A stretch of DNA of 64,000 nt from contig DOZJ01000003.1 of assembly GCA_003518055.1 (NCBI GenBank), positions 2,046-66,045 of the forward strand. Direction: 5' to 3'. The notes beneath the pieces are model-generated. The model was not told where the DNA came from. It saw only the letters and a program-made list of their open reading frames with translations, and ran no database searches. The position numbers were made by a program, and so were the translations under genes. Shown here piece after piece: positions 45,595 through 55,220 of the stretch (position 1 is its first letter; each line of letters opens with the position of its first letter). The stretch is from Candidatus Falkowbacteria bacterium. GTDB lineage: Bacteria; Patescibacteriota; Patescibacteriia; UBA11705.

Positions 45595-47481
45595 ATGACT
45601 AAAATCGCTCACGTGACGCCATTAAGAAAACTGCCAAGAGAGATGGATTACTTTGATTATATTATTCCCGATAAGCTCGCGGCGGTGGTTAAGGTTGGTT
45701 CACTGGTTGAAATTCCGTTCAAGCAAAGTATGGTTCAAGGGTTGGTCGTGGGGATAGATAAGGAAAGTAAATTCAAAAAATTGAAAATGATTGATGATAT
45801 AATCGACTCTGAGCTGGTCCTGCCGGAATGGCAGATAAATTTTATCAAATGGTTTGCTGATTATTATTTTTATTCATTGTCATCAACTGTTCGGATGTTC
45901 GTGCCGGAAAAACCTAAACTTAAAAGAAAGGCAAAGGAGCCCGCGATTGGTCAAATTAGCGCAACGGTTAAACATAACAAAGAAATTGATAAATTGGGGC
46001 AGCTGTTGATGAAAAAAAGCCAACGTGAGAATTTAATTATTAATCATGATCAGGAAAAGAATAATCAATTGATAATAAATTTGATTGAACAAACGGTTAC
46101 TGCCGGCCGGCAAATCATAATCATGGTGCCGCACGTGGAAAAAATTAAAGACGTGTTGCAAATAATTCCCGAGAAATTTTCGGCCTTGATCGCCGTCGTT
46201 GACAGCGGTCTTTTTCGCCAAAAAAACGCTTGGCATGAGGCTTGGCGGAATATTCGCTTGAATCAAAAACAGATTATTGTCGGTACGCGATCGGCTCTTT
46301 TGACGCCGGTTGATGATTTGGCTTATGTCTACATAAATGAAGCGGAATCGATTGATTACAAGAATTGGGACCAAAATCCGCGATATCATGGAACCACATT
46401 AGCGCGGAAAATGGCTGAACTGACCGGCGCGAAAGTAATTCTCAGTTCCCCGGCGCCGAATATTGAAGATTATTTTGTGATTAAGAAAAACAATCAGCCG
46501 ATTATAACCTTGGGAGCTAACATTAAAACAGATGAATTACAGATCATTGATTTGAATAGTGTCAGGCGAAAAGAATTTACCTATTATAGTCCGCAGTTGC
46601 TTGATAATATCAGGCGGACATTGGCGACAGGAAAGAGGGTTGTTTTGTTTTTGAATAAACGAGGATTCTCCAGTCAAACGAGATGTAATGCCTGCGATTT
46701 TATTGCCAAGTGTCCTAGTTGTGATTTGCCGCTCGTGTCAACGGAAACAGAGTTGGTGTGTTATTCGTGTCAACATCGTGAGCCGGCTTTGACCGTATGC
46801 CCCAAATGTCATCGTGGTCAATTAAAGGATTTGGGGCTGGGAATTGATCAAGCGGCCGCGGATTTGAAGGGTGAATTTGCCGGCGTAAGTATTGCCGATC
46901 CGAAAGCGCGGATTTATTTGACGACAACATTACCCACTGATAAAACCGTATTTAATGATGTTGCTTTTATCGGGGTTATCTCTTGGGACAGTATGTTGTA
47001 TTTGACTGATTTTCGGCTGATGACGCGATTTTTTCAGCAGATATGGACATTGACCGTGCTCAAGAGAATGTGGGCGCCAGAAGCCAAAATTTTGCTTCAA
47101 ACGGCATTGCCGGACACTTTGGCGATAAAATATATATATCAGGATTATAAGCGGTATTTTGATTCAGAATTAGCAAAAAGAGAGATGTTTCATTATCCGC
47201 CCCAAAGCCGACTGATCAGTATTTTTACCCAGAATAAGGATAAAAAGACCGGTCAAGCTGAAGCTAAACAGCTGTACGAACAGCTATATAGGCAGTTTTA
47301 TGCTGACAAAAATTTGCAGATATCTGTCCCCTATCAGCCGCATAGGCAGATGACTCGGGGGCAGTATCGATATTATATTTTGATAAAAATTCTTAATGAT
47401 GACACGGCGATTCGAAGCTGGATTAAAGAGTTTTTGCCGGATTACTGGACCATTGACATTGACCCGATGAATGTAGTATAA
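45595..47481 (+). CDS. Primosomal protein N' (PriA)-like protein with no recognisable Walker A motif
   Basis: PriA-like N-terminal 3-prime-DNA-binding domain (...VVKVGSLVEIPFKQSMVQGLVVGI...). Cys-rich zinc-binding insert CNACDFIAKCPSCDLPL...CYSCQHRE...CPKCHRG. No GxxGxGK(T/S) found by eye. Confidence 0.5.
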   Translation: MTKIAHVTPLRKLPREMDYFDYIIPDKLAAVVKVGSLVEIPFKQSMVQGLVVGIDKESKFKKLKMIDDIIDSELVLPEWQINFIKWFADYYFYSLSSTVRMFVPEKPKLKRKAKEPAIGQISATVKHNKEIDKLGQLLMKKSQRENLIINHDQEKNNQLIINLIEQTVTAGRQIIIMVPHVEKIKDVLQIIPEKFSALIAVVDSGLFRQKNAWHEAWRNIRLNQKQIIVGTRSALLTPVDDLAYVYINEAESIDYKNWDQNPRYHGTTLARKMAELTGAKVILSSPAPNIEDYFVIKKNNQPIITLGANIKTDELQIIDLNSVRRKEFTYYSPQLLDNIRRTLATGKRVVLFLNKRGFSSQTRCNACDFIAKCPSCDLPLVSTETELVCYSCQHREPALTVCPKCHRGQLKDLGLGIDQAAADLKGEFAGVSIADPKARIYLTTTLPTDKTVFNDVAFIGVISWDSMLYLTDFRLMTRFFQQIWTLTVLKRMWAPEAKILLQTALPDTLAIKYIYQDYKRYFDSELAKREMFHYPPQSRLISIFTQNKDKKTGQAEAKQLYEQLYRQFYADKNLQISVPYQPHRQMTRGQYRYYILIKILNDDTAIRSWIKEFLPDYWTIDIDPMNVV

Positions 47482-47550
47482 TATGAGCGTTTTGTATCAG
47501 GGCAATTTGTTAATTAGATAATGCAAATCAATAAATCTAACGGCATATAT

Positions 47551-48042
47551 ATGATTTTACCAATAATTAAATATCCTAATAAAAATCTTCGAAAAAAATC
47601 TCAGGATTTATCCAAAGAACAGATTCTGTCTCCCGAGACTCAAGGATTTATCGTCAATTTGATTGAGACCATGTTTAAGGAAGACGGTTTGGGGTTGGCG
47701 GCGGTACAGGTTGATAAGCATTGGAACATGTTTGCCGTGGCCACCGAGGACGGCCCGATGGTTTTTATCAATCCGAAAATTGTTTATAAATCGTGGCTCA
47801 AAGAAACAGACGAAGAAGGTTGTTTGTCGGTTCCGGGTGTATATGGTTTGGTCAAACGGCCAAAAACCGTCATTATTAAGGCACTGGACCGCAATGGAAA
47901 TAAATTGTCGATGAAAGCCAAAGGGCTTTTTGCCCGAGTGCTGCAGCATGAAGCTGATCACACGCAAGGTGTTTTATTTATTGACAAGACAAATAAAATT
48001 ACCCGAGGTGATGATGTTTTGCGAGAATTAAACACTAAATAA
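47551..48042 (+). CDS. def: Peptide deformylase
   Basis: Motifs GLAAVQV, EGCLSVPG, QHEADH. MILPIIKYPN start. Confidence 0.85.
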   Translation: MILPIIKYPNKNLRKKSQDLSKEQILSPETQGFIVNLIETMFKEDGLGLAAVQVDKHWNMFAVATEDGPMVFINPKIVYKSWLKETDEEGCLSVPGVYGLVKRPKTVIIKALDRNGNKLSMKAKGLFARVLQHEADHTQGVLFIDKTNKITRGDDVLRELNTK

Positions 48043-48099
48043 TTTTGAATTTTTTTTGAATTAAAGTGGTTGACGGCCAATCAGTTACAAGATAAAAAT

Positions 48100-49074
48100 A
48101 TGGGTGAGAAAAAAAGAAAAATAGTTTTCATGGGTACTTCAGAATTTGCCGTGCCAATATTAACACGGTTAAATCAGTGTCATGAAGTGGTTCTGGTGGT
48201 TGCGTCGCCGGATAAGCCGGCCGGCCGGAAACAGATTCTAACGCCGCCGCCGGTAAAGGTTTTGGCCCAAGAGTTGGGCTTGCCGGTGGAACAGCCGGTA
48301 AAATTGAGGGGAAATGAAAATTTTTTAAATCGATTAAATGAGATCAGTCCGGAATTAATTGTGGTGGTGGCGTATGGAAAAATTTTACCGGCTGAAATAA
48401 TTAATCTGCCTGAGCATGGGTGTGTAAACGTGCACGGTTCCATTCTGCCGAAATATCGAGGTCCGTCGCCGATTCAAACCGCGATCTTGAATGGTGATAA
48501 GGAAACGGGCGTGTCGTTCATCTTGATGGATCTGGGTATGGACACGGGTGATATTATTGAGTCTCATTCACTTGAAATAACCGCTGATGATAATTTTAAT
48601 ACTTTAAGTGGTAAATTATCCACGCTAGCTGCGGACAAAATATGTCCAATTGTAGACGGATATATAAAAGGAGAACTAAATCTTGAAGTTCAAGAAGATG
48701 ATGATGCGACGTATTGCTACAAGATGACTGAGGAGTTGGGAAAAATTCAATGGTCATTGTCGGCTCGAGCGATTGCCAATCGAGTCAGAGCCATCAGCGA
48801 GAAGGTCGGGGTTTATGGATTTTATGATAAAAAACGTTTGAGCATCATTGAAGCTGATTTTATTGATAGTGCCTGTCCTGAAGACAAGGCGGAATTACCT
48901 GTTGGGACGGTTTTAATGGGAATAGAGACTGAAACCAACCAGAAAATCATTTGCGTAAAATGCGGCAAAGGCCGACTGATTTTGAAGAAAGTCCAACTTG
49001 AGGGCCGGCAACCAATGGAAATAAAGGATTTTATCAACGGACAGCAAAAGTTCGTGGGATCAGTGCTAACATAA
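48100..49074 (+). CDS. fmt: Methionyl-tRNA formyltransferase
   Basis: IVFMGTSEFAVP... ...VNVHGSILPKYRGPSPIQTAIL... N-terminal formyltransferase domain plus C-terminal domain. def-fmt order. Confidence 0.85.
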   Translation: MGEKKRKIVFMGTSEFAVPILTRLNQCHEVVLVVASPDKPAGRKQILTPPPVKVLAQELGLPVEQPVKLRGNENFLNRLNEISPELIVVVAYGKILPAEIINLPEHGCVNVHGSILPKYRGPSPIQTAILNGDKETGVSFILMDLGMDTGDIIESHSLEITADDNFNTLSGKLSTLAADKICPIVDGYIKGELNLEVQEDDDATYCYKMTEELGKIQWSLSARAIANRVRAISEKVGVYGFYDKKRLSIIEADFIDSACPEDKAELPVGTVLMGIETETNQKIICVKCGKGRLILKKVQLEGRQPMEIKDFINGQQKFVGSVLT

Positions 49075-49080
49075 TACAAA

Positions 49081-49104
49081 AGGAGCCATTGGGGCTCTTT
49101 TTTG
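49081..49104 (+). terminator. Rho-independent terminator after fmt
   Basis: gagcc-attgg-ggctc followed by ttttttg. Confidence 0.6.
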
Positions 49105-49152
49105 TCGGAGTTCATTGAATATGCGATAATTCAAGTGTAAAAATCAAAGAAT

Positions 49153-49578
49153 ATGATAATAAAACTTTCAGGTTGCGCCATTGTTAACGAACGGGGGGAA
49201 ATGCTTCTGTTGTGGAAAATAAACCAAGGTCATTATGAGTTTCCCGGCGGCAAGGTTGAGTCCGGAGAGACGCTGGAACAAGCGGCAATTCGTGAATGTC
49301 GGGAGGAATTGGGAGTTGATGTGACGTTGGGTGACTATATTGGAGCGGAAGAATTTGAAACCAAGGGAGGTAAATTTCGGAGTCATAAATTTTTTGGGAT
49401 GATAAAAAAAGGACAAACACCCAAAGTTAATGAACCGGAAAAATTTGAAAAATTATTTTGGCTGCCCATGGATCGTTATACTGAATTTTCCTGCGCTCCA
49501 AATGTAAAAAAAGTCTGTCAAAGATACATTGATGGTGAACTCAAATTACCATTTGAAATTAAAATGAAAATAAGATAA
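49153..49578 (+). CDS. NUDIX hydrolase
   Basis: NUDIX box GGKVESGETLEQAAIRECREELGV. Confidence 0.8.
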   Translation: MIIKLSGCAIVNERGEMLLLWKINQGHYEFPGGKVESGETLEQAAIRECREELGVDVTLGDYIGAEEFETKGGKFRSHKFFGMIKKGQTPKVNEPEKFEKLFWLPMDRYTEFSCAPNVKKVCQRYIDGELKLPFEIKMKIR

Positions 49579-49596
49579 AACGATAAAAAATATTTT

Positions 49597-50367
49597 ATGT
49601 CAGATTACTACTCTATCCCCAGGGCGGCAAATTGGAATTTTGATCCGAAAAAGAAAAATAATTTCAAGCTTAGCCGATCAAAGCTAGATTTATACATGGA
49701 ATGTCCACGGTGTTTTTATTTGGATAATCGTTTGGGGTTGAAACGTCCGTCTGGATTCCCTTTTAACTTGAACAGCGCGGTCGATACGCTGCTGAAAAAA
49801 GAATTTGATATTCATCGAGCTAAAAGACAGGCTCATCCGTTAATGAAAAAATACAAAATTGAAGCTGTGCCAGCTGATCACGAGCAGCTGAATGTGTGGC
49901 GGGAAAATTTTCAGGGAATTACCTATGATCACAAAGAAACCGGTTTGAAGATCACCGGCGCTATTGATGATTTGTGGATTGATAAACAAGGCAAGTATAT
50001 CGTGGTCGATTACAAGGCAACCAGCAAAGATGAAGTCATTAAGGATATCAACAAACCGTGGCAGATCGGTTATAAACGACAAATGGAGGTGTATCAGTGG
50101 CTTTTGCGTCAAAATGGCTACAAAGTAGCCGACACCGGATACTTTGTCTATTGCAATGGTCGGACCGATCTTGAAGCCTTTGATGCCAAACTGGAATTTG
50201 ACATCAGTATTATCCCCTACCTTGGTAATGATTCGTGGGTGGAGCCGGCAATTATAAAGGCTTATAAATGTTTGAAAAGCAATACGCTGCCTAAATCAAG
50301 CAAAAATTGTGATTATTGCCGGTATCGAAGTGTCGTTAGTAAGGTTGAAGGTCATGGTAGCGTTTAA
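49597..50367 (+). CDS. Cas4-like PD-(D/E)xK nuclease (RecB-family fold; no CRISPR locus nearby)
   Basis: N-terminal Cys (YMECPRCFYLD); core ...GAIDDLWIDKQGKYIVVDYKATS... (D...D-x-K); C-terminal Cys cluster ...AYKCLKSN...KNCDYCRYRS, as in Fe-S Cas4/DUF83 nucleases. Confidence 0.6.
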   Translation: MSDYYSIPRAANWNFDPKKKNNFKLSRSKLDLYMECPRCFYLDNRLGLKRPSGFPFNLNSAVDTLLKKEFDIHRAKRQAHPLMKKYKIEAVPADHEQLNVWRENFQGITYDHKETGLKITGAIDDLWIDKQGKYIVVDYKATSKDEVIKDINKPWQIGYKRQMEVYQWLLRQNGYKVADTGYFVYCNGRTDLEAFDAKLEFDISIIPYLGNDSWVEPAIIKAYKCLKSNTLPKSSKNCDYCRYRSVVSKVEGHGSV

Positions 50368-50417
50368 ATACGGTAAATTGTGTTGCAATTTAATCAGAAA
50401 GGGTTAAGAAAAATTTT

Positions 50418-50801
50418 ATGAAAAAATTAAACTGTTCATTGCGGCTCCCCTCTTGGGTTTACGGTGGTGTGATTAGTCTGGCAGTATTTTTAATGTTGTA
50501 TTATTTTAATAACATAATTCAAGATTGGAATTTGGCTGGACCGGTGGAGAGTTTTTTGGCCGTAATTGTCAGAGGCGGGCTTTTGGTTGTCATGATTCCA
50601 TTGTATATTTTGTTTAGTTATATTGGGTTTATTCTGGACGCGATTTTCCACACCGGAGTTGGATATGAATCTTTGGGTGTGTTTCCGGCCGGCGTTATGT
50701 TTATGAAAGCGGTAGGGCTGGTTTATTTTTTTACAGTCGGCGCGGTGGCGGTGGTTATTTATCGTAAGGTTTGGCCATCAATTCCCAAGAAATTAAATTA
50801 A
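50418..50801 (+). CDS. Hypothetical membrane protein (4 TM)
   Basis: 127 aa, hydrophobic. Confidence 0.45.
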   Translation: MKKLNCSLRLPSWVYGGVISLAVFLMLYYFNNIIQDWNLAGPVESFLAVIVRGGLLVVMIPLYILFSYIGFILDAIFHTGVGYESLGVFPAGVMFMKAVGLVYFFTVGAVAVVIYRKVWPSIPKKLN

Positions 50802-50984
50802 CTTTTTTGTTGTTTGCGTTGATAGAGTGATAATCTAAAAAGGGATGACAAGCTCTGTGGCTTAATGATGTAATCCAGCGGTTTTCAGGCTGGTGTTTTA
50901 TATATAAACAATGGCGGTTATTGACGTTATGAGTCGCCTATGTTAAGGTGATTTGTTGTAACTTGACAAAATAACGGAGGAAGC

Positions 50985-53078
50985 ATGAGCAACGAACACA
51001 AATATTTTTGGGAAGAAGCAGTGGCCATTTTACGACGATTGCGGATTCGCACCAAACAAAAATATTTTGAACTTTGCAACATTGATAATCGATTTTCTCG
51101 AACCCCGGGATCTTTTTATCGTGACTGCTGGGTGGAAAAGGGTAAATGGCCCGGTTTCTTGGGATTCAAACCGTTTCGGACTGAGAAAACCAGTTACGTC
51201 ACGTGGGAAGAAGCAGCTGTCGCGGCCAGAAAATTGGGGTTTGCTACTGCGGATGATTATAAATTAGACTATGAAACAGATCCCAAATTGCACTCAAGCC
51301 CGCAAAAACTTTATAGATATGTATGGAAGAAAAATGGTGGCTGGCCCGGCTTTTTGGGTACAATCGGCAAAAAGAAACGAAAAAAATTTTACGCTACTTG
51401 GGCTGAAGCGTCAGCCGCTGCTCGGCGGTTAAAATTCAAAACCATTCGAGAGTATGTTAACGGTCGGAAACAAGATCCACGACTTCACTCTAAACCAAAC
51501 AAACTATATGCGGCTGAGTGGAAATCGAATGGCGGTTGGAAAGGATTTCTTGGAAATTCAGGCATAAGAAAACGACAGGATATTTATCCTACGTGGAATC
51601 TCGCTTCAGCTGCAGCCAAAAAACTGGGAATTAAACGAAGTGAAGATTATAGTAAAGTGTATAAAAAAGACCCCAAGCTGCCGGGCAACCCCAATCTCGC
51701 TTATGAGGATGTTTGGCAGAAGAATGGACGCTGGGCCGGATTCTTGGGGACAAGGACAAAACCTAATCCGGATGAAAAATACGCGACTTGGGAAGAAGCA
51801 TCGGCCGCTGCCAAAAAAATTGGGTTTATTTCGACTGATGATTATAACCAGCGATTTGCTGAAACTGATCCGAAATTGCCGGGAAAACCAAGTGACAAGT
51901 ATCGGAGTGTTTGGAAAAAAAACGGCCGTTGGATCGGTTACCTTGGTTTAAAAATGGTTTCACCCATCCGCGGTCATAAATATGTTACTTGGCATGAAGC
52001 ATCTAAGGCCGCTCAAAGATTAGGCATCAAAAATGGAATAGAATACAAACGTCGATACAAAAGTGATCCAAAGCTGCCGCTGAAGCCGGCCCAATTGTAT
52101 AAGATTGAATGGAAGAAGCGCGGCAGCATGGCTGGTTTTCTGGCACGAATATTTTCATATGTCAGATGGGAAGAAGCATCGGCCGCCGCTCGAAAATTGA
52201 ATATTCGGACCATCAAAGAATATCAGAAAAAACATTGTTTGGATCCACGATTGCCAAGCAATCCGGCCCATACTTACAAATCTGTCTGGGTGAAAAAAGG
52301 TCTTTGGCTGGGATTCCTCGGCAAAACTAAGGTGGAAAAATACGCTACTTGGGATGAGGCGGTGAAGGCGGTTAGACGATTAAGAATTACGTCATGCCGC
52401 GATTATCAAAATCGATACCGTTGTGACCCGAAGTTGCCGGTCAGACCATATATAAATTACAGAAACGTTTGGGTTTTGCTCGGTAAGTGGAGTGGTTTTA
52501 TCGGTCGGAAATCTCATTTTTATTCGACTTGGCAGGAAGCGTCAAAGGCCGCGATTGCTTTGGGCATCAAGACTCAAAAAGAGTACAAACAGAATTATTG
52601 GGATGATCCAAAATTACCAAGCACTCCAGATGTGGTTTATCAATCGTTGTGGAAAGTTAATGGCGGTTATTGGGGGTTTTTGGGTAAAACAAAGAAATAT
52701 CAATCTTGGTCAGAAGCGGCAAAAGCGGCGCGCAGTCTAAAAATCAGGAATAATCAAGAGTACAAAATAAAATACAAGTTGAATCCGAAATTACCGGCCT
52801 GTCCGGATCATTATTATAAAAATGATTGGAAAAGAAATGGCTGCTGGAACGGATTCCTCGGATTGACGCCAAAAAAATATTATGACACATGGATTGAAGC
52901 GTCGACTGCGACGATAACATTGGGAATTAAATATCAGCAAGAATATCGTCAACGATACAAACAAGATCCCCGGCTTCCGCCTAGCCCGGATTTAGTTTAC
53001 AAGGATGTCTGGGTTGATAACGGGCGCTGGCTGGGATTTCTCGGCCGGACAAATAGAATATTGAAAGCTCGCAAATAA
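50985..53078 (+). CDS. Basic 697-aa protein built from ~11 tandem ~60-aa repeats, consensus Y-x-T-W-E-E-A-S-x-A-A-R-K-L-G-I-K-T-x-x-E-Y-x(4)-K-x-D-P-K-L-P-x-x-P-x(3)-Y-x(3)-W-K-K-N-G-G-W-x-G-F-L-G
   Basis: Repeats visible by eye, e.g. YVTWEEAAVAARKLGFATADDYKLDYETDPKLHSSPQKLYRYVWKKNGGWPGFLG; YATWEEASAAAKKIGFISTDDYNQRFAETDPKLPGKPSDKYRSVWKKNGRWIGYLG; YQSWSEAAKAARSLKIRNNQEYKIKYKLNPKLPACPDHYYKNDWKRNGCWNGFLG. Confidence 0.55.
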   Translation: MSNEHKYFWEEAVAILRRLRIRTKQKYFELCNIDNRFSRTPGSFYRDCWVEKGKWPGFLGFKPFRTEKTSYVTWEEAAVAARKLGFATADDYKLDYETDPKLHSSPQKLYRYVWKKNGGWPGFLGTIGKKKRKKFYATWAEASAAARRLKFKTIREYVNGRKQDPRLHSKPNKLYAAEWKSNGGWKGFLGNSGIRKRQDIYPTWNLASAAAKKLGIKRSEDYSKVYKKDPKLPGNPNLAYEDVWQKNGRWAGFLGTRTKPNPDEKYATWEEASAAAKKIGFISTDDYNQRFAETDPKLPGKPSDKYRSVWKKNGRWIGYLGLKMVSPIRGHKYVTWHEASKAAQRLGIKNGIEYKRRYKSDPKLPLKPAQLYKIEWKKRGSMAGFLARIFSYVRWEEASAAARKLNIRTIKEYQKKHCLDPRLPSNPAHTYKSVWVKKGLWLGFLGKTKVEKYATWDEAVKAVRRLRITSCRDYQNRYRCDPKLPVRPYINYRNVWVLLGKWSGFIGRKSHFYSTWQEASKAAIALGIKTQKEYKQNYWDDPKLPSTPDVVYQSLWKVNGGYWGFLGKTKKYQSWSEAAKAARSLKIRNNQEYKIKYKLNPKLPACPDHYYKNDWKRNGCWNGFLGLTPKKYYDTWIEASTATITLGIKYQQEYRQRYKQDPRLPPSPDLVYKDVWVDNGRWLGFLGRTNRILKARK

Positions 53079-53128
53079 ATCTTGCGGGTTTTTTAATCAA
53101 AAAACCGGCGCTAAGCCGGTTGTCTGGG

Positions 53129-53626
53129 TTATCTGGCAATCAGAAATTTACGTTTATTATCGCTCAGATTCATGAAGTCATCGGCGGCCTCAATTAACTT
53201 GGCACTGGTTGATTCTTTGAAGGCGACCACTTCTACGCGGCAGCCGGTGGTGTTCTGAAGATATTCAATCAATGGGACATAATCACCGTCACCCGAAACC
53301 AAAATGATCACATCCAAGCTTTTGGCCAGTTTAATGGCGTCGACGGCAATACCGACGTCCCAATCGGCTTTTTTGCTCCCATCGGGAAATATTTGCAGGT
53401 CTTTGGTTTTGACTTCATAGCCTGATTTGGCCAGAGCGTCAAAAAATTTCCCCTCGGCGCCCTCAAGTGTGGCTATGCCATAAGCAATGGCTCGGATCAG
53501 TTTTCGATTGCCGACCGATTCGGTTAGAATATTACCAAAGCTGACTTTTTTCTTGTATAAGGCTTTGGCGCTGTAATAAAGATTTTGAATGTCGACGAGC
53601 ACGCCGACGCGTTGGTCTTGATACAT
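53129..53626 (-). CDS. NYN-domain (LabA-like, PIN-related) protein
   Basis: ...VGVLVDIQNLYYS... and ...VIILVSGDGDYVPLIEYL... are the conserved NYN/LabA acidic motifs. Confidence 0.7.
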   Translation of the reverse strand: MYQDQRVGVLVDIQNLYYSAKALYKKKVSFGNILTESVGNRKLIRAIAYGIATLEGAEGKFFDALAKSGYEVKTKDLQIFPDGSKKADWDVGIAVDAIKLAKSLDVIILVSGDGDYVPLIEYLQNTTGCRVEVVAFKESTSAKLIEAADDFMNLSDNKRKFLIAR

Positions 53627-53711
53627 AGATTTTGATAAACGGTAAGAGTTAAGTTGTGATTATATTTTTAGTAATAGAAATAAAAGTAAAACCGGTACGC
53701 ATAAAGCGTCA

Positions 53712-55220
53712 TTAAGATGATTTTTGGTGTGTCTTTTCGGTTGGAGATTGACTAAATAATTGTAGCACAGCTGTTAGAAATATGATATATCCGATTCCGA
53801 GCGGATGGTTCAGATATGGACTGAATGCGTGGACGGTTGAAAGAAAAATTAAACCAAGCAAAAAACCGTACAATAACCAAGCATTGTCTTGGGTTGATGT
53901 CCGGATCAATGACCAGGTTTTTTTGCCGATTGATATCAATAAACCAAGATAAATGAATAATCCAAAGAGGCCGATTTTCAAGATAATATCAAGATAGCCC
54001 CACTCAAAAGCATAAGTAGTGTATTCGCCGGTGGGATTTTTTTCAAGCACCCGGGGATCAAGACTGGTATAGGTGACGGTTGAGCCAAAACCGGAGCCGA
54101 TAACCGGATGGGTGGTCAAACTTTTAGCTAGGTTCGGTAATTGACTCCACCGGCTGGAAACGGCTGATTCGTTGAGGTTGATTCTATCTTTGAGCATTTC
54201 ACTCGGGTTAATTGCCGGTAGATTGGGCCAAGGAAAATAGATGACGGCCAGAAGCGCGGCCACGCTGACGATCAAGATACCCATAAGGTTTATGATCAGA
54301 CCCGCTCCCCGTTTAATTTTATGTTTATTGAGGTATAAAAAGATAATGAGAAAAATAAACCCGGTTAAAAGTAGTCCAACCCAATTGCTGCGGGAGAGAT
54401 TTAAGATTGAAACCGCTGTAAGCGCGATGATGGCGATATATGGTAACAGGTTGGATTTTGTTGGCCGCAGTTGGCTGTTAATTAAAAACAAGAGCGATAA
54501 AATTATAAAAAAACCAATACCGGTGTAAATGTGGCTTTGAAAAAAAATGCGGTAAAAACTGCCTGACAACAAGGTAATCTCCCCTATTCCTGTGTCCCTA
54601 ACCCAGCGATAGACCGGTTTAATGGCGCTGAAATTATGAGAAAAATAATAAAGCAAGCCCATACTTTTGAGCACGGTCCAGGCAATACCGGCTGAAATAA
54701 CGGAAATCAGCGGTTTTAACGTATCTTTTGATGTCAAACCATCGACGGCAGGCCCAAGATAAAGGAAAAACAACCAAGCATTGAAATCAGAATAAATGTT
54801 GATTAAACCATTATGTCTGATTAAACCAAAAATCAAGCTCCACAGAACGACAAAGCCTAGAATCAGGAACCACTTGAAATTAAAAACAGAAAAAATATTA
54901 GTTCGACGGAAACGAACTAGGCCGACACACCAAGCAAGGATTATCGCACAAAAGATTCCAAGGCGAATGCCAATTTCCTGATTGGCAACGATTAAATTGA
55001 ACAAATGGCCTTGAGAACCGATGGTCAGTTCAGAAAACGCGATCATTAACCCGAGTGGTAGCCGGTATAATGATAAACCAAAGGTGATGAGAACAATTAG
55101 AATGAACAGGGTGTTTCCCAATATGTTGTTGTCATTGGCAATAAAAGAAAACACTTCAAAGATAAAAAAAAGCGGCAGGCACCATAAAAACCATTTTGAC
55201 GAGAAAAAAATATTTTTCAT
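53712..55220 (-). CDS. O-antigen ligase / Wzy-like polysaccharide polymerase family membrane protein
   Basis: ~12 TM segments with a large external loop near the C-terminus. Start taken at MKNIFFSS (55220). Adjacent to GT2 and GT4 genes. Confidence 0.5.
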   Translation of the reverse strand: MKNIFFSSKWFLWCLPLFFIFEVFSFIANDNNILGNTLFILIVLITFGLSLYRLPLGLMIAFSELTIGSQGHLFNLIVANQEIGIRLGIFCAIILAWCVGLVRFRRTNIFSVFNFKWFLILGFVVLWSLIFGLIRHNGLINIYSDFNAWLFFLYLGPAVDGLTSKDTLKPLISVISAGIAWTVLKSMGLLYYFSHNFSAIKPVYRWVRDTGIGEITLLSGSFYRIFFQSHIYTGIGFFIILSLLFLINSQLRPTKSNLLPYIAIIALTAVSILNLSRSNWVGLLLTGFIFLIIFLYLNKHKIKRGAGLIINLMGILIVSVAALLAVIYFPWPNLPAINPSEMLKDRINLNESAVSSRWSQLPNLAKSLTTHPVIGSGFGSTVTYTSLDPRVLEKNPTGEYTTYAFEWGYLDIILKIGLFGLFIYLGLLISIGKKTWSLIRTSTQDNAWLLYGFLLGLIFLSTVHAFSPYLNHPLGIGYIIFLTAVLQLFSQSPTEKTHQKSS

